NCBI GenBank assembly: GCA_051294375.1
Contig: CM119268.1
Location: 10,299,607 to 10,363,606, forward strand
DNA: 64,000 nt
Direction: 5' to 3'
Source of the DNA: Paraspadella gotoi
Taxonomy: Eukaryota > Animalia > Chaetognatha
Part shown: positions 61,678 to 64,000 of the stretch, piece after piece
Layout: every line of letters starts with the position of its first letter
Position numbering within the stretch: the first letter of the stretch is position 1
The notes under the pieces: model-generated
Told to the model about the DNA's origin: nothing
The model's database searches: none
What the model saw: only the letters and a program-made list of their open reading frames with translations
Program-made: the position numbers and the translations under genes

Positions 61678-62590
61678 ACTTTTAATTGTTCCCTAGTCTA
61701 AATCGGGCTATGTCATTTTCTTTAGTACGGTTTTTTCTCAACCGAAATTTCAATGGGGAGAAACAAAAACTACGAACAAATGTTTTGCTCATTTTATTAG
61801 AACATGTCTTTTGATTGGTTACAGTCTCATGTACCATTAATTACGATTGGGATTTTAGTCGTTTTTTCTTTTTTTTTTCCTATTAAAAACCTGCTTATTC
61901 TAGTCTTGAATGTTTTTGTTAACTTACCTCAGTCAATACCTGCAATACTATATTACTTTCTTTGATTATTTTTTTATTACGAAGTGAGTTCCCATCTTAA
62001 GTTTATTTATCATAAAATAAATTTTGAAACAGGTCTGTTTCTTGCGCTGCTTCGAAATCGTGACAGTGTCAATTTTAGTTTTTTCTTTGTTCGTCCTGGG
62101 AAACATCACTGTGACGCTCTATTTTAGTTTTGTTGTATTTTAGTCCTACTAAAATTATTTATACAAACGATATATTTTTCCAGTTTTAGACTGTTTCGCC
62201 TCTTTCTCCGTAACATACGTCACGCTTGCTTTTTTAAAGGGATGTAGCTATACTTTTTGATATACTATTCGTTATATTCGTTACTCTTTTATCTTTAATG
62301 GTTTCCATATCATTGACGCTGTTTTCGTTATACGCGGATCAAATTTTATCGATTTAATGTTTATCTCTATTCCATGGATCAACGCGGGAAAAAGTTTTAC
62401 ACGAGGTTCCTTGGAGGCCTTCCAGGGAAAGACGATACATAATGTCTTTCTTTCCCTCCCCCCCCATTTCTTTCTTTAAGATAAAGTTTGCAAATTTTTA
62501 CAAAATTTTATCATTTTTCTATTATATTACATGTTTGTCCTTCCTAAGAAAAATATTAAAAAACATTAAGTTTACATAATTGGATTCAAA

Positions 62591-64000
62591 ATGGAAATGA
62601 TTTGCGAAAAAGACCTTCGGAATTCGGCTTCGAGTTCCACGTCGAGATCGGCGACCCAATCTACGGGTTTAAAAAAGTCCCCTCGATCGGACAGTTCCCC
62701 CTCGCCCCGCAGAATTATCACCCTCCCCCCGTCACCCGCCGTGAACGAATCTTTTTGCTCTTCTCCATCCTCGCCCTCGACCTCCTCGCCGACCTCTTCT
62801 GCGGCCCACCACTCCAACAAACGCGATCCACTTCTCTCCCTCTCTCACTCCACCTCCGCTCCCACCGTCGTCACTTACATCAACAACGACGACGATGACG
62901 ACGACGATTACACTTACGTAAGCGACGACGACGATGATGATACGGACGACGACGAGCGTTTTTCCGATCCCTCGTCCGGGGACTTCGTTCGCAGTCGAAG
63001 ATCCCGGTTTCGTCGAAATCGGGAGGCGATTCGGACTTTTGGCGGCGCTCACGGTGGAGGGGGTGATCGGAGGCAGGTTAATTTCGCCCATTCGGAGGAA
63101 CTGAAGAAGATGTTGCAACAAGTAAGAACGAGAGAGAGAGAGAGAGAGAGATCACGATCACATACAATGTAATTATGGAAGCCGAATGACGAACAACTTC
63201 TTTTTTAGGAGCTTTCTCTGAGCGGAGGAGACTTGGACCAAATCCAGGCCTTTGTAGTCACCGAAGACGTGGATCTCGGGCCCAACAATTGCCGCGAATC
63301 CGCGCGTCGATTAGCCTCGCGAATGTGGGAGGCTCGATGGCGTGTAGTGCCTCATCATGCTTTGCCCAAATGGTTGCAGGACAACGACTATCTGCTAAAA
63401 GGTATCCTTGGCGCTAATTCTCGTGCCTCGCCGGTCTCGGGTCATCTAAAAATATTTACGCCTTTTAGGCCACCGTCCTCAACTGGAATCGGCGGTAGCC
63501 TGTTTTAAGAGCATTTTTCGAATTCACACTGAAACCGGAAATATCTGGACTCACTTATTGGGTGCCATTGCCTTTATATCAATTGCTGTTTACGTCCTTA
63601 CTCGCCCATCATTAGAAATTCAGGTAAGAATAATTTTTCAGCTTCTCGCGTCTCGTCTCCTAATTTTGTAGAACTGTTCCCTATTTTCAGTGGCAAGAAA
63701 AAATCGTCTTTTCCACTTTCTTCTTCGCTGCGGTAATCTGCATGAGCTGCTCTTGGATGTACCACACGATGAGTTGCCACTCCCCTTCAGTTTCTTATGT
63801 CTTTGCAAAATTAGACTACTGCGGCATCGCTATTCTCACCATGGGCAGTTTTGTCCCATGGCTTTATTACAGGTTTGTCATTAAAACTTAATTAATATTT
63901 TTTTTTCTTTTTAATTTTTTGTCGCACTTCTCCACAGCTTCTATTGTCAATTCTTTACCAAGATGGCGTACATAGTCGCCATCGTTGTTTTGGGCAGCGC
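62591..64000 (+). CDS. ADIPOR: Adiponectin receptor (PAQR family), 5' part; continues past the window end
   Basis: MWEARWRVVPHHALPKWLQDNDYLLKGHRPQL, CFKSIFRIHTETGNIWTHLLG, YHTMSCHS, KLDYCGIAILTMGSFVPWLYYSFYC. Confidence 0.92.

Overview
AT-rich, compact animal (metazoan) genomic DNA with mostly short (about 55-120 nt) spliceosomal introns and one assembly gap (N-run 6491-6515). The first ~20 kb is largely non-coding. It holds a ~153-bp palindromic MITE-like tandem array, a ~39-bp minisatellite, GA/CT microsatellites, Helentron/HINE-like remnants, a tRNA-like SINE/Pol III unit and a motif-dense promoter-like island at ~11.8 kb. From 20.1 kb to the end of the window there are 14 consecutive genes, all on the + strand: SPT6, DNA polymerase eta, RCHY1/Pirh2, arsenite methyltransferase, PSMB4, a sulfotransferase, an intronless APH/EcKinase-like phosphotransferase, CMTR2, mitochondrial cyclophilin, a J-domain protein, RPL19, an orphan TM + death-domain protein, ANKDD1-like and an adiponectin receptor (truncated by the window edge). 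The first 11 are only 160-499 bp apart (stop to ATG), and each downstream gene has a U-rich AG acceptor just upstream of its ATG. This layout points to a very large eukaryotic operon resolved by spliced-leader trans-splicing (inference; no RNA data). Other points of interest: a candidate horizontally acquired kinase inside the operon, a Pol eta with both UBM and UBZ motifs, a pair of adjacent death-domain genes, and HINE-like elements ending exactly 31 nt before 3' splice sites in two different genes. Gene names and exon boundaries come from motifs read by eye, not from database searches.
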